A program made the translations under genes and the position numbers. A stretch of DNA of 50,466 nt, counting the filler, from Catajapyx aquilonaris (Eukaryota): the NCBI GenBank assembly GCA_000934665.2. It is 3 parts of 3 records of this genome, joined end to end, with 100 filler letters (N's around TTAATTAATTAA, not from the genome) between each part and the next. Parts side by side here need not be neighbours in the genome. Positions count along the whole stretch, not along the records: positions 1 to 16,737 come from JYFJ02007121.1; 2 more parts are not named here. One strand, 5' to 3'. Every line of letters begins with the position of its first letter. The stretch's first letter is position 1. Of the stretch, positions 1 through 12,253 are shown piece after piece. Below the pieces are notes generated by a model that ran no database searches, was not told the DNA's origin, and saw only the letters and a program-made list of their open reading frames with translations.

Positions 1-457
1 ATTAATGGGTAAATAGGTAAATATGTCTGAGGATAAGGTGATGTCTGAGGTGGGCAGGGGTGGGGGGTGGGACAGGTTGTTTTTAGCTTATTTCTCATGA
101 GTTTTATTAGTTCATATGTTGGGTTAGCTTGCATCTCCCTTCATCGCTGACTACCCCTCATAGGGAAATGTCGTGATGTTGTTGTTGTTGTTGTTGTGAT
201 GAAAGAGAGAAGATCGTGCTATTTTTAGCCGAGTAGGGAGCAGTCGTCGTGAAACTTGATTTTCGATAGCTCCTTCCACCTTGTGCCATATATTGGAAGC
301 AAATACGCACTTGCCCCACCTCACCCTATCTGACTTGTGAGTGTAATGATGCCGGGATTCCAAAAAGTCATTTTCCTATTTCTAGTATACTTTAAGCTTC
401 TGGAAAAAAATATTGCGATATTGCTCTGGATGCTATTATAACAATGGACTTGCTCAC

Positions 458-675
458 CTTTCCTATGTAAGACCAGTGATCTGCTTCAGGGCTTCTTCTC
501 TCCAGAACAAAAACCAGAGGATTCTGCTCTGTTGAGTTATCTGTAGTAATCACATTCCACTTCAGGTAAACCGTGTGTTCTCCGTCATTGCCACCTTGGC
601 TGGGTGGAATTTCACAATAAATCTCCGGAGACACAATCTCAACGTCTGTCACTTTGGCCACAGGAAAAGGATATC
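458..675 (-). CDS. Host gene coding exon 5 (FN3-like beta-sandwich start); gene presumably continues past the window's left edge
   Basis: TGTAG acceptor in phase 1, matching exon 4. Encodes GYPFPVAKVTDVEIVSPEIYC...HTVYLKWNV...PLVFVLERRSPEADHWSYIGK, with FN3-like VxLxW and later W; GTGAGC donor. Confidence 0.8.
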
Positions 676-841
676 CTACAGGAGATATTCATTTAGAGAT
701 TCTCAAGTGACTTATTGTGAATCATGTTTTGTAAGAAGATCCCACATACGTCCACATTATGCAAATGTGAGTCAATTTACACTGAATATTGCGGGACTTG
801 TGTAATTGTAACAACAAACCTTGTCATGTTACTGTACTTAC

Positions 842-908
842 CAGCTTGAATTTTTCCAGATGTTTCAGCCATAGAGAAGCAAACGGCTCGGCATTTTTCC
901 TGCTCCTG
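842..908 (-). CDS. Host gene coding exon 4
   Basis: TTTTTTAAAG|CAG tandem acceptor, encodes QEQEKCRAVCFSMAETSGKIQA plus one base, GTAAGT donor; phase 0-1. Confidence 0.8.
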
Positions 909-1917
909 CTTTAAAAAATGATGTCACATGAACACAAATTGCGCACCTGGTGAAATAGTCATCTATACAAAATTGGGTCTGGAAATATAGCTAGACACAT
1001 ATTGGTAGGCTTATTTGTAGCACGAGGAGTAGGCCTGTATATTCACGGCCAATTACACAAACCAAATCAAGCGACGAGATGATACACTTTGGTTATTAGT
1101 CACGAAAGAATTTAGACAAAACATATCAACAAAAAATAACCTATTTAAATGGGTAGGTCCAAAGATGCCAAGGAGGATCGACATTATGGTTCGGTTGTAT
1201 GATGAACATAAATTATCCAAAATGCCAGAATTTTCTGGGCAGAAAATCACGTATAAACACAGAAATCGTTGCATGTTAGAATAATGATTTTGTCAAATCT
1301 CCTTTGAAATTTTGCCATAACAAAAATGCCGTGACATTCACCCATTTCCTCAATTTCGCCCCAGAATACTCTCCATCTCGACGTGTAATGTTATTTGCTG
1401 CTGCATTTACATTGTGATTGGTATGGACTGACTCACAAATTGTTGCCTTCTCGTGAACCACTGGACCAATTCCAGAACTAATCCGGGCAAAAGAGACCGG
1501 ACAAAGTTCAGAGTGTCAATGGCACCAAAAATCAGCATCATTTCTCACACACTGATGAAAAGTGCTCGGCGAGAACAAAAGTGGCGAGCGCTGCTATTAT
1601 TGGTTGTGGCAAGGATGACAACCGTTGCTGGGACAACAACATTGGATTTCGCGATGTTTTAATTGAACCTTAACAAAAATGGCCACTTACTTTGATGCGC
1701 TCATACAACCACATGCCTGACAGCTAATATGCGACAATGTTACGCAATTTGTCATTTAGAAAGTTCCTCTTTTATCGGTATATAATTTACATTCATGCAA
1801 CCAGCTCTATATCATAAGGCCATAAGCTATCCAAGTAATGATTTCAGTAATTAAACGTGTATTGGGCGTGGGATGGTAATAGTGTAATAAAAGTTATATG
1901 CTAAATTATTTACTTAC

Positions 1918-1971
1918 GCAGTGATGAAGGCATTGTGAAACATTCGGAAAATGTTGAGTGGCTTTCCAGCA
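1918..1971 (-). CDS. Host gene coding exon 3
   Basis: TCTTTACAG acceptor, 54 nt encoding CWKATQHFPNVSQCLHHC, GTAAGT donor; phase 0-0. Confidence 0.8.
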
Positions 1972-3932
1972 CTGTAAAGATACAACGCATTACAATTTTG
2001 GTTTAGGTGAAGCCCGTTGTCAACATTAATTTTTGTGAAGCATATTTTCATGGAGGAGTCATGTGACATATCATAAGCTGATTTTGATTATGTAAAGTAG
2101 TGTAGTGATCAGGTTCTTAGGTAAATTCCTTTGGTTCCAGTATTATGAAGTCAATACCTCTATATCCGTTGCATAAATGCAGACATGCCAATACTGTAGT
2201 CTCAGGTCTGTATGACATACAGTAAGCCCTTAATTTGGATGCTTCGGACTGATTTTGCATTATGGATGGGCGGAGAAGGCTTATTGTTCCAGGCTTTCTG
2301 CATAATTTGGGTCTTTCTGGTCTCTGTAGGGCTTTGGGACTATTACGTGGCGCACTTTTGCCCTGGACCTCTGTATAATGCTGAGGATATAGTTACACCG
2401 TCTTTAGGGGAAAAAATCCACACTGGACAATGTGGCTAAAAAGTTAGGAACACCTTTACACTCACTCTTCTTATACAGTACAGGCAATATTATTTTAAAC
2501 AAGATCGTGGTATTTGTGCCTTTGCAATAATCCCATCAATTATGACTCGTACAATACAGGTTATGCCCTGTAAATGACGAACACCCGATACCCGCAGATA
2601 CCCTATTGTGCCCCTTAGGAAATGTCCAAACTCACTGCTGATGGGTTTTGAACATCAGGTGAAGAGCCCCTTTTAGCCCCCTCCCCATTTCCTCTTGACA
2701 AGAACACGGGAAGGAAGCGTAGACTATTATAAAACCATTTCATCCAAATATCTTGTCGAGCTTAGGCCACTTTTCGAGTGCTATCCGTTTATTTGAAGGT
2801 GTTTTTTTGCTTTCTCTGTGCCAATTATCATGCAACCTAGGGCAGTAGCTTCCAAATGTTGTGTGTGAAGGGGAAAAAGAGGTATTTATAAATGGGAGTG
2901 GGGATGTGGGTGTGTGGACATGAAAGGTTATTTGCTGATTTAGAAAATTCTGCTTCCTCTGCTGACCTCACCTGCTGAATCGCTTTTATTCCAACTACCA
3001 TACGAGAGGTATAATATAACCACGTGGACAGTATTGCTGGGAAGTAGTTTTCAAGGCATTGCAGCATTATTTTATGTTAATTTGTTGGAATAAAGTATAA
3101 TATAAACAAAAAAGGCCCACATTATGCAGTGTGGGTGTGTTGGTTGGTTAACATTTCCTACATCATATTCAAACATATAAGATTAAATTATACCTTCAAG
3201 CTTCAAGATCTTTTTCGCACTAATGAATGAGAATGATGTTATTCCTTGATTATAATGGATGTGTCTCAGTCCAGGTTGACAAGTTTCCATAGAGGAGAGC
3301 AGAGGGAATTGATGGATTAGTCACCTCCGGTTGTTATTTTTTGAGCACTCGTCCAGACTTCGAACAAAGTAGGATTTGTAATTTTGAACCAATTAACTGG
3401 TGACAAGGTCGAAGAGGCAGGGCAAACAAAAATGGTCTATAATGAGTTACCGGTACTGAAAGTTATTTGCTATTTCCAGCCGTAATAAAAATAATACAGA
3501 AATATCATTTTATTTTCCTGTCAATTTGCCTGGGCCACAAAGCACAATGGTTGTTTGCCTTTACAAAGTGACGTTAAAATGACAATAATTCTACAAACGC
3601 TACAAAATTGCCGCCTGTAACAGTGTGAGCGCTCTGGCCCGTGACCAGCAGCTGTTTACATTATCAAGCATTGTGTCCTCAATAATAATGAACGCTCACA
3701 AAGCCCTACTCTAGAGACGTTAATTATTGAAAAGGAACCTCCTATAACTACGCAGTTTTGGGAGAATTGCCTTTTGTACACCGAGGGATATTTTCATTAT
3801 TTTGGATCAGATACGATTGTTGATAGCCGCATTCAAACGGCTTAAAAGCTCTGAATGGAGTTATCTACCGCATCTACTGCTCTGCTCTTCACCTTCTGTC
3901 AAACCAAGAATACAAAATTCATTGTCACCTAC

Positions 3933-4010
3933 CAATTCGCATAAGCGTGTGGAGCATTTGTAAGGCGAAAAAACGGAACTCCAAGGCGCCACGGATATTC
4001 GCTTGAAGCC
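3933..4010 (-). CDS. Host gene coding exon 2
   Basis: TTTTTTTTACAG acceptor, 78 nt encoding GFKRISVAPWSSVFSPYKCSTRLCEL, GTAGGT donor; phase 0-0. Confidence 0.78.
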
Positions 4011-5167
4011 CTGTAAAAAAAAGTGAAGCCGTTTACACTTACATACAAAATAATAAGACATTTCAAAAACACAGAGTAAATAGTTAGAAATGTTGTTTGC
4101 CGAAACACTAATATTATGCAGATTCGAGACATACAGAAGTCCAAAAACAAAACAGTTTCGTGATAATAGAAGGCAAAGATTTGATCTTACACTTGTTAAA
4201 ATGATAGTGAAGACAGAAAATTCTCGTTTGCTGATGGCGCTTTGCGGACTGAATGGACTTCACCAGACGATGCAGCAGAAAAATGCGATTTAGATGATGT
4301 ACCGGTATGAATAACTCAAAACCGTCAAAATTTGAGTGGATTTCACTTGTATGCCGACGATAATATTATGTTATGAAATGGGATTACTCATAAGTTATCA
4401 TTATAAAATTTTCAGCTTTTTTTCTCCCTAAAAATCCAAAGTGATAATATAGAGTGTCATTCCATCATTATTGTCATTAGTAATTTAGTATAGCTTCGTT
4501 TCATTCAGGAAGACTTTGTTCCTGGAAATTAACATTCACTTTGATGTTGCTCAGTCAACCAGATTATAATTATCAAATTGTCCAATTCCCCTAAAGCGCT
4601 GCTTTAAAGCTAACAGAAAATGTGGAAATTACACTGTCATAGTACTACAAAGCACAATCATTAAGGATCTTCCTGGAGCTTCCATGTCGACAGGTGAATT
4701 TATGCGTATGAGGAGTTACAATAAGACACTATACGGTATAGACCAATGGTATAGAGACTATAGGTCGCTGTTGATAAAAAGGGATTAATATTAAACCAAT
4801 ACGTTACAGTGGCAAACTAAGGGAATGAAACGAATAATCTTTTTTTGAATGTACTAGTAAATATGCACTATGCAAAGCACCTGGTGTTTTTTCCTGAGGA
4901 ATACCTATTGCATGGTTGGCAAGCGATTGAATGAGAAATGGGAAAAATGAATTTTAATCCATACTCAACTAGCTCCATCAAAGTGTAATCAGCTTTACTG
5001 ATAATGAGATATGTAGCTCCATGGCAACTGATGCATTAGAGGACATGAAGGCACAGCCATTCCATAAAGAGTCCAATTAGCAGGTACTAATCATAGGTCA
5101 GTAAGAACTATGTCCGTATTACAGCTTGGTTGTATACCCAGAAAGATCAAATAGCTGTTGGACTTAC

Positions 5168-5293
5168 CAAGAGGAGGCATCGACTTCTGGCTTGAGCTCG
5201 GATGACTCCTTCCAAATATCGCCTGCTGTCACATTGGCATAATGAGGCACAGCTTAACAAGAAGAAGGCTGCCACCAGCTTATTCTGTTTCAT
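5168..5293 (-). CDS. Host gene, first coding exon (signal peptide and start of Cys-rich domain) of a secreted/receptor protein, anosmin/Torso-like architecture
   Basis: ATG at 5293 reads MKQNKLVAAFFLLSCASLCQCDSRRYLEGVIRAQARSRCLLL (42 codons, hydrophobic signal peptide), then a GTAAGT donor in phase 0. An upstream CCAG acceptor (AG at 5327-5328) implies a non-coding 5' exon further right. Confidence 0.8.
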
Positions 5294-8200
5294 CTCCGTC
5301 TGGCTTTGAGCTTTACACTATAGAACCTGGCAGATTGCACAAAAGTGCTACACAGCTGGAATTATGTCGCAGATTCTGATGTGATTCAATTTGTACTGTA
5401 ATGGCCAGTGTGAGTGGGTGTTTACGCCTTTCACAGCATGATCACTGTGCAATGTGTATGCCACTCTAGGCCGTCAAAATCGATACCTGAAAAAGAAAAT
5501 TTGATATACCGGTACACTCAGGGGGTTTGCCCTTCACTCACTATTGTAGCTATTTATGAGTTCATCTTAATGTTCCCTGAGTATAGATTCAACATTTTTG
5601 ACTAGGATCTAACAGGCAGTCTTTCGATAATATCTGAATATTTATTGCTTTATTACATTATTACGTTATTCCGAAAGTACATGTGTTAGTACTGTTTGTC
5701 CGCAAAAATGTTTCAGATAGGTTTGTCCATAATCAACAGAGCCACATGATGGCGCATGCATTTATCTACCCCCGCACACAAATCCCATCGCTATCGAAGC
5801 ATTTTCAGAAAATTGGGACCACTGCACTGTCGAGCACTTTCGCCGCCAAGCCCATTCCCTCATGTCTTGGTCACGCCTTTACATCTCACCTAAAAAATTG
5901 TTTTTGGGAGTTGCGAATAAGAGGTCACTCGGTGAAAGGTCCTGACCATGCTCTGGGTGCAAAAAAAATATTTGGCGGGTAAAGAGCACAGGGAGACGAA
6001 AAAATGTAGTCTATTGGCAGCAACCTTACACCGAATATAGGCTTACAAAATCTGGTACCGTACCAAAGTTCTAAAAATGTTTCGATCGACATGTGGTTTG
6101 TGTGTAGTGATATAACTTATTGCTTTAAAAAGTACATTCTGCATTAAATGGCTATGCTGAATATAGGAGAAACTTCCCTTTAAAAATTATTGCTGACTAT
6201 TGGAATACTCTATTTATAATCACAATAATCACTTATTTTCTGAAAAGGTTCGTTTTCAGTATATAAGCTCGTTATCTGCTTTTGAAGCGAAGTACAACAC
6301 TATCACCACAAAAGATGAAGTATAATCGGATATGATTTTTTCATTGTCCCCTCTTTGATCGTGTAAAACCCTTATCGATTTGCTTTGGCTTCAAAGAAAC
6401 ATGAAAGATTATTCAGGTATCTGAAGCTGAAAGTACGGTCAGTGAACGTCACAGGTTGCGAAGAGATTTATTATTAATCCTGGTAAACAGGTATTAAGCT
6501 CAACATCACAGATCTTAGGCAAATGAGAACATGCTATAGGTAACTTGTACACAGTATTTTTGGGATTCAGTCGAGCAGTAAGAGAACGTCAAATCGAAAA
6601 TTAATTAATTTCGTGTTAATTAGACTGCGAAATCATTAAAGTTAGAGGTTCATGACTTGTGTTTCAGCAATGATACTATCTTGATGTTTATTGGTGCTCA
6701 GCAGGCCTAACTCTAACCTGATTCAAGGAGAAGGCAGTGTAATACATGTAGTATGAAGTAGGACATGGTCCGAGACTCTCTTTTTAAGCTCAGTTTTTAA
6801 TATATTACATATTCCTGTATTAAGAACAGGTTTATGCCATAATTTATTGCTCCTGAACCGATTCCCGATAAGATTTCTATTTTCACTATCACCATTATTA
6901 AGCCCGATTCGCACTTGAGCATTACTGCAACGCACCTATATTAGAGTGTTTAGCGTAGGCATATTTATATTTTAACAGAATTACAGTCATACCCGACTAA
7001 TTACAGTGTTCAACGTCAAACGTCGACGTCGATACCTGTCTCCTCGAAATTAAACTCATGTTTCCACTATGAAATAAATTCTACGCTCACACTGCATGAC
7101 ACTCATTGATTATACTTCACTGCAAAATAAACGGAAATATTGTGAAGTATAATGCTTATATGAAGGAGGGTTGAACGTGACATGCCATTTAATATTGCTG
7201 AATCTTTATTAATATTAATCGAAACATATTTTTGTATGTTACGGTGGCAAAACCTTTTCTTAACAAAACGGCAATTGGGATATAATTATTTATGTCCACA
7301 GTGATTAACTGTCAAAGTCTCCAATATATGGTACGGGAAAATGTTAATAACGTTTGTTTACCTCAGCAACCTGTTTGAAGATATGAAACCTGTTGGAAGC
7401 AGCACTCAAGCCCACATTCAGTCGTAGTAACTGGTGTTTTTTTGTTTTTTTAACTGGCTGCTGGAACACAACTATATATTGATAAATTCTTTCCATAGTC
7501 TCTTATTGAACTCTGAACTGGCTGAGCACTGCACAATACAGTATATTTGAGTATGAGTGGAGGTACTTAAAATGACTCATAATTTATTCATTTTAATTCT
7601 ACGCGAAGCCCAGTCTTATAGAATCGACGACTGTTAATTTACATTAGTCTACTCTCTACTGTATCCTCATCGTGCTTTTTTCCAAACTTATTAAACTCTA
7701 TAATTATTTAACGATAAGTTCCAAGTATGTATTACCGCATAAAAGGTGTTATCCGTATTTTACTGGGCACACAACCTATAGAAATTATCTGCTACAAGGC
7801 AACACTAATTACAAACATTCAATTAAAACAATACGGTAATTACTGTATAACACTAATAGTACTTACTATTCTGGAAAACTTTCCAATGATTGTCAAGTGT
7901 TGTTCCGAAAAAGGTCGGTATGTGATGATTGCACTTGTCACTTAACTTGTCAACAACATGAACTTTGGTTGGCTCGTTCCCACCTATACGCGGGTCCAGG
8001 TCTGACGTGAACCTGGGACTTCACACCGTATATTGCGAGACCCAAACTTGCGCTTGGAGCAGGCGCATTGATTTCACATGCGCCTTCTAGCTTAAATATA
8101 CCCCCATCGAGCACATTGGTTTGGATCAAAACCCCTTGGGAACCACGGCATTCCTATGGTATAAGTATGGGACACCTTATCCATGCACACTCAATCTTCT

Positions 8201-8563
8201 CTGGTGGAATCTGTGTCACATTATTCTGAAGGCTACAAAAAAAATAGATTAAGGAAAACTTGTTTAGGATGCTCATCATAGTATTGGATCGCCCAACTCA
8301 ATATCTATAGTGGCGACCTGAAATGCATAGTAATAAGGAAAATGATTTGATTTTCAGATATGAGTGGTTTGAAAAAAACCATTGAATTGTCACCCCCCAC
8401 CCCCGGATTTTTACAGACCTCTGAAATTACTATATCACGAATCTACAGTATTCGCTACAAATTGTACGTATACCTTCTGCTGGTCAAATCGGTTTTGTAA
8501 TATCTGAGAAATTACAGCCCCCTGAATAAAATTCAATAGTGTAATTATGAATGCCATCATGGC

Positions 8564-8594
8564 ACACTGACCCTTTAAGTTAAAGGGTCAGTGT
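8564..8594. repeat. Perfect palindrome, 15-bp arms, 1-nt spacer
   Basis: acactgaccctttaa-g-ttaaagggtcagtgt. Confidence 0.9.
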
Positions 8595-11500
8595 TATCAC
8601 AAAGCTTCAAACTTTCTTAGCCTTAAATCAGTCACGTTTGACTTTGATCGTTCAGCATTGCATAGGGGGGAGGGGGGTAATTACGATGAATTTCCTCAGT
8701 ACAACCGCCTGGCCTAATTCAAACATCATTTGAGTTTGTTTCAGCACGAAAGCATGAAGGAAAATGACTGGTTTTCGTAAGCAGTTCATACACAGGGACA
8801 GGATTTTAACCTCTTATAAAAATAGAATTTCTCTTGGCGAATTAAAAATGTCGGCTTTGAAGTTGAGTAGCGTTTGTCAGAAGCAATTATTATTTGCTTA
8901 GACGAAATGTCAGAGCTCTGACATTTCGTGAAGCAAATGACCCTGTAGGGTAAGGAGGACACAGTCATATGGCCGTTCTTGCTCTCAATATTACGCATGA
9001 CTGAAAATCGTCTTGTTTCTCTTAAAGTGATAGGTCATATAAATGGTAACTTTAAGTTATATTGAATTCTTATGTGTTACAAAAAAAAACTGATGAGAAG
9101 TGGTCCTATATTGTGTGCGTTGGGCAACTAAACGGAGTTACGAAGTGTTTGTAAGGAAAGGTTTTGAATGATCTATATGGTTTTGAATGTTGGCAAATAG
9201 ATCCTTATGGGACAATACCGGTAGCCGGTATACTCAATGATCATCGACAAGACTGAAAAAAGAAAAAAGCGGAAAGCAGATCTAGTGAATTCAGCGCACT
9301 CGATTTATTTAGATTGGTTCATACATCAAACCCCGTGCCGCAAAATACGATGGCCGTACTAAAATGATTTACAATTATTTATTTCATTGCCACAAACACA
9401 GTGCCCGTACAGGTCGGCAGATAGTCACACATATAGATAGAATCCTCCTGGAGCCGAATGCACTACCACCACAGGTGTGTCAACCTCGCCAGGCCCTCCA
9501 CTTTCTGGAGGTGCGACGCAGCCATCCGGCCAACTGTGCACAATCAACAACGTAATGTCATTATAATAATTCCCGCCTGTCATTAAATGACTAGTGCCAT
9601 GAAGCCAGTCTCCCTCCTCCCGTCAGAGGCCGACACTGCCGATTCCGTCAACATCCACGTGCTGCCATCCGCCGGCCGGGAAGAGAACCACCACCAGCAG
9701 TAGCCCGAATCAAGCAGACAAGAAGAGTGCATTGGAACGACGGAGAAAGAATCCGGGAAGCAGCGGAGGAAGGTGCATGCGAGGTGAACACCACTTGCCA
9801 ATGCATGTTTCCCTTACCGTGTTCCAGAGTCAGGTCATCACAATAGAATGTAAATCGAACCACGTTGTTCTGGCCTCCGGTTCTATATACAGTGGTTCTA
9901 TAGAATGATGGAGGGCAGAGGTCACTCAAGTGTTCATCATGTGATGTACTAATAATAATGTATGGCCCATGCTGCTGGTGGTGGGTGAGGAGGAGGAGGA
10001 GCAGCCCTGCCTTTCACCACCCACCACCGACACTTGCTGTCGTTAATTAACACCTGCCTCAGGCCCTCAGTCATGCTGCAACATTAAATAATGTGTCCTC
10101 TGTTGTTCCTCTGGCAGCATGTGCCAATGTGGGGGAGGGAGGAGAGGCAGCGGCAAGCACCCGGATGAGGAGGGCAGCGGCCATGAGGCCATCCTAAGGA
10201 CTCCGCATTACTTGTTGCAACACACACACAGGTACAGTGCACACCCATCTCCATTCTTACTCTATGCACACTTCATTTGGTGGTGGCGGCATGTGCGGTG
10301 GAATCAAGGTTCACACTTAAGGGGATGATTGACAAGTTCAGCAATTGTTTCAAGCAGTTGTGGGCAATGGGCGTGTAATGAGTGCAGACATGTTTGGTGC
10401 CAAATGGGTGGGGATCTATTCTGAATGGGTTAATGTCCAAGTCATATTTTTAGTTTTAATTCTAATCCTATTCAAAAGCATTACAACACTGGAATTTGTG
10501 CCGTAAAGCATGTGTACGTATCTCATTTGATGCCGTATACATATATAAGATGCACATTTTTCCTTAAAAATTTATTTAAAACATTGCCCTGCGTCTTGTA
10601 CGTGAAAATACACCAAAAACCTTTTTTTCTGAATATGATCTACTGAAATGGGGGTGTGTCTTATATGCCACCAAATACGGTATATCTGGCCATGTGCTTA
10701 TTGAATATGATCCATAAAAATTTGCTTTCTCTCACACGAACTACTGAAGATCTCTGTTGTATTAAGAAAATTATTATTGAGATGTCTTGTAGTCCTAAGC
10801 CTGAGATGTGTCAGAAAGGCAATCAATGGGGAAAACCTGGCAAGAATGGCCTTGAAGGTTAGATTCAATGCCAGTCAGTTCCAAATGCTGCAGCTGTGTT
10901 TAGAGAGATATTGGTCAGCTGGTAGTGGCACTCTTGTGATGCTGAGGCAGAAGGTTAGGTTGGCTAGCATAACCTTCTCTTACCTAACTCACCATCTATG
11001 GATTGTGCAAATCAATGTTACTCTCACATCATAATAGATATAGATGTGCAATATGGCTGACATGCTGGAGCCTATTGGAAACACCTGTACCGGGAAATCG
11101 TCATAAAACTCAGCTTCAGTGCCATTTTCTGCCATGACTTGGCCTTTTCAACATATCTTGGACATGGGACTTCAGGCAGCACTAGTAATTTTCCTAGTAA
11201 AGCATGCAGATCTTTAGTAATTATGCGTGAGGAAAAGCTAATCTTTATCACATGCAGTCATCTTTGTTATGTTATGACTAAAGAATAGATTTTTAGGTTC
11301 TAAAAAACCCTCAAATAGGTAGGCATTTAGGTCCTGAAAACATTGAAAATAGGCTCTTTAATAGGCACTAAAAATCAGGCCCTAATTAATTTTCATTCAT
11401 GTACCATGGCCATGGGATTTTGCAACACAGTAACAAACTAGCAGTTGGTCCATATTTTATTTTCCTTGGTTAGTGGCAGCTATTAGACAACGCCTGTCAT

Positions 11501-12163
11501 ACAATACATATTTATGAGCTGAAAATGACCTTTCGACGTCACATTAAGTAACCAGATGTGAATTGGATCACACTTCAAAAGTGCATTCTTCTACAGTCAG
11601 TTCATCTGGCATGTCTGCAGCTTCTTGGCCCTTTTGCAGATTGAAGTGGGAGGGATGCCTTGAACAGAAAACTCACAAAATCTCCCGAAAATGTTACAGA
11701 ATGGCGTCAAAAAGGTGGAAATAGGTGAAAATAGGCGCCAATATGCCATGTAGGTCCCAATGCCCAAATTAGGTAATTTTCGGTTTTATAAAATTACGAT
11801 TTTTGAGGTCCTTGTGTTATGAAACAGATAGATATTTTGGTTGCGGTGTTCTGCCTACAAAATAAAAAGTAGGTAAAAACCTAGAAATATGTTCTCTAGT
11901 TATGACTGAGTTTACCACATGGCAGCGATGGCACTGTTATGGACACCTGGTTTTGTGGCTTCAACTGAGTCCTTCAAGAGGTGACAAAGGGTTGTATCAA
12001 AGCATTGGTGAATTTCAATCATGCAATGTTTTTCAGAATGAACATCTTTGGGAACCAGTAATTAATTTTAAATGCATTTATTTTGAGCATTGGTCTTCAG
12101 CTGGTGTTTTGCAGAGGGTTGAGCACTTTGGTGGTTTTTGGGTTAATCTCACATGACATGTTG

Positions 12164-12223
<60 letters not shown>

Positions 12224-12253
12224 GTTATTGTTATTATTATTATTATTGTTATT
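12164..12253. repeat. (ATT)n microsatellite
   Basis: Direct reading; produces the spurious poly-Leu ORF at 12222. Confidence 0.95.

Noticed and set aside
151..376. Possible sixth exon of the host gene (ORF 151-363)
   Set aside because: Weak acceptor with no polypyrimidine tract, the ORF runs into a microsatellite, and it has no FN3-like continuation.
3324..3397. Possible extra exon between exons 2 and 3
   Set aside because: Stop codon in the required phase-0 frame.
9400..10330. GC-richer block with several short ORFs and splice-like sites
   Set aside because: No recognisable motif or consistent frame; cannot tell a TE relic from UTR or promoter sequence.
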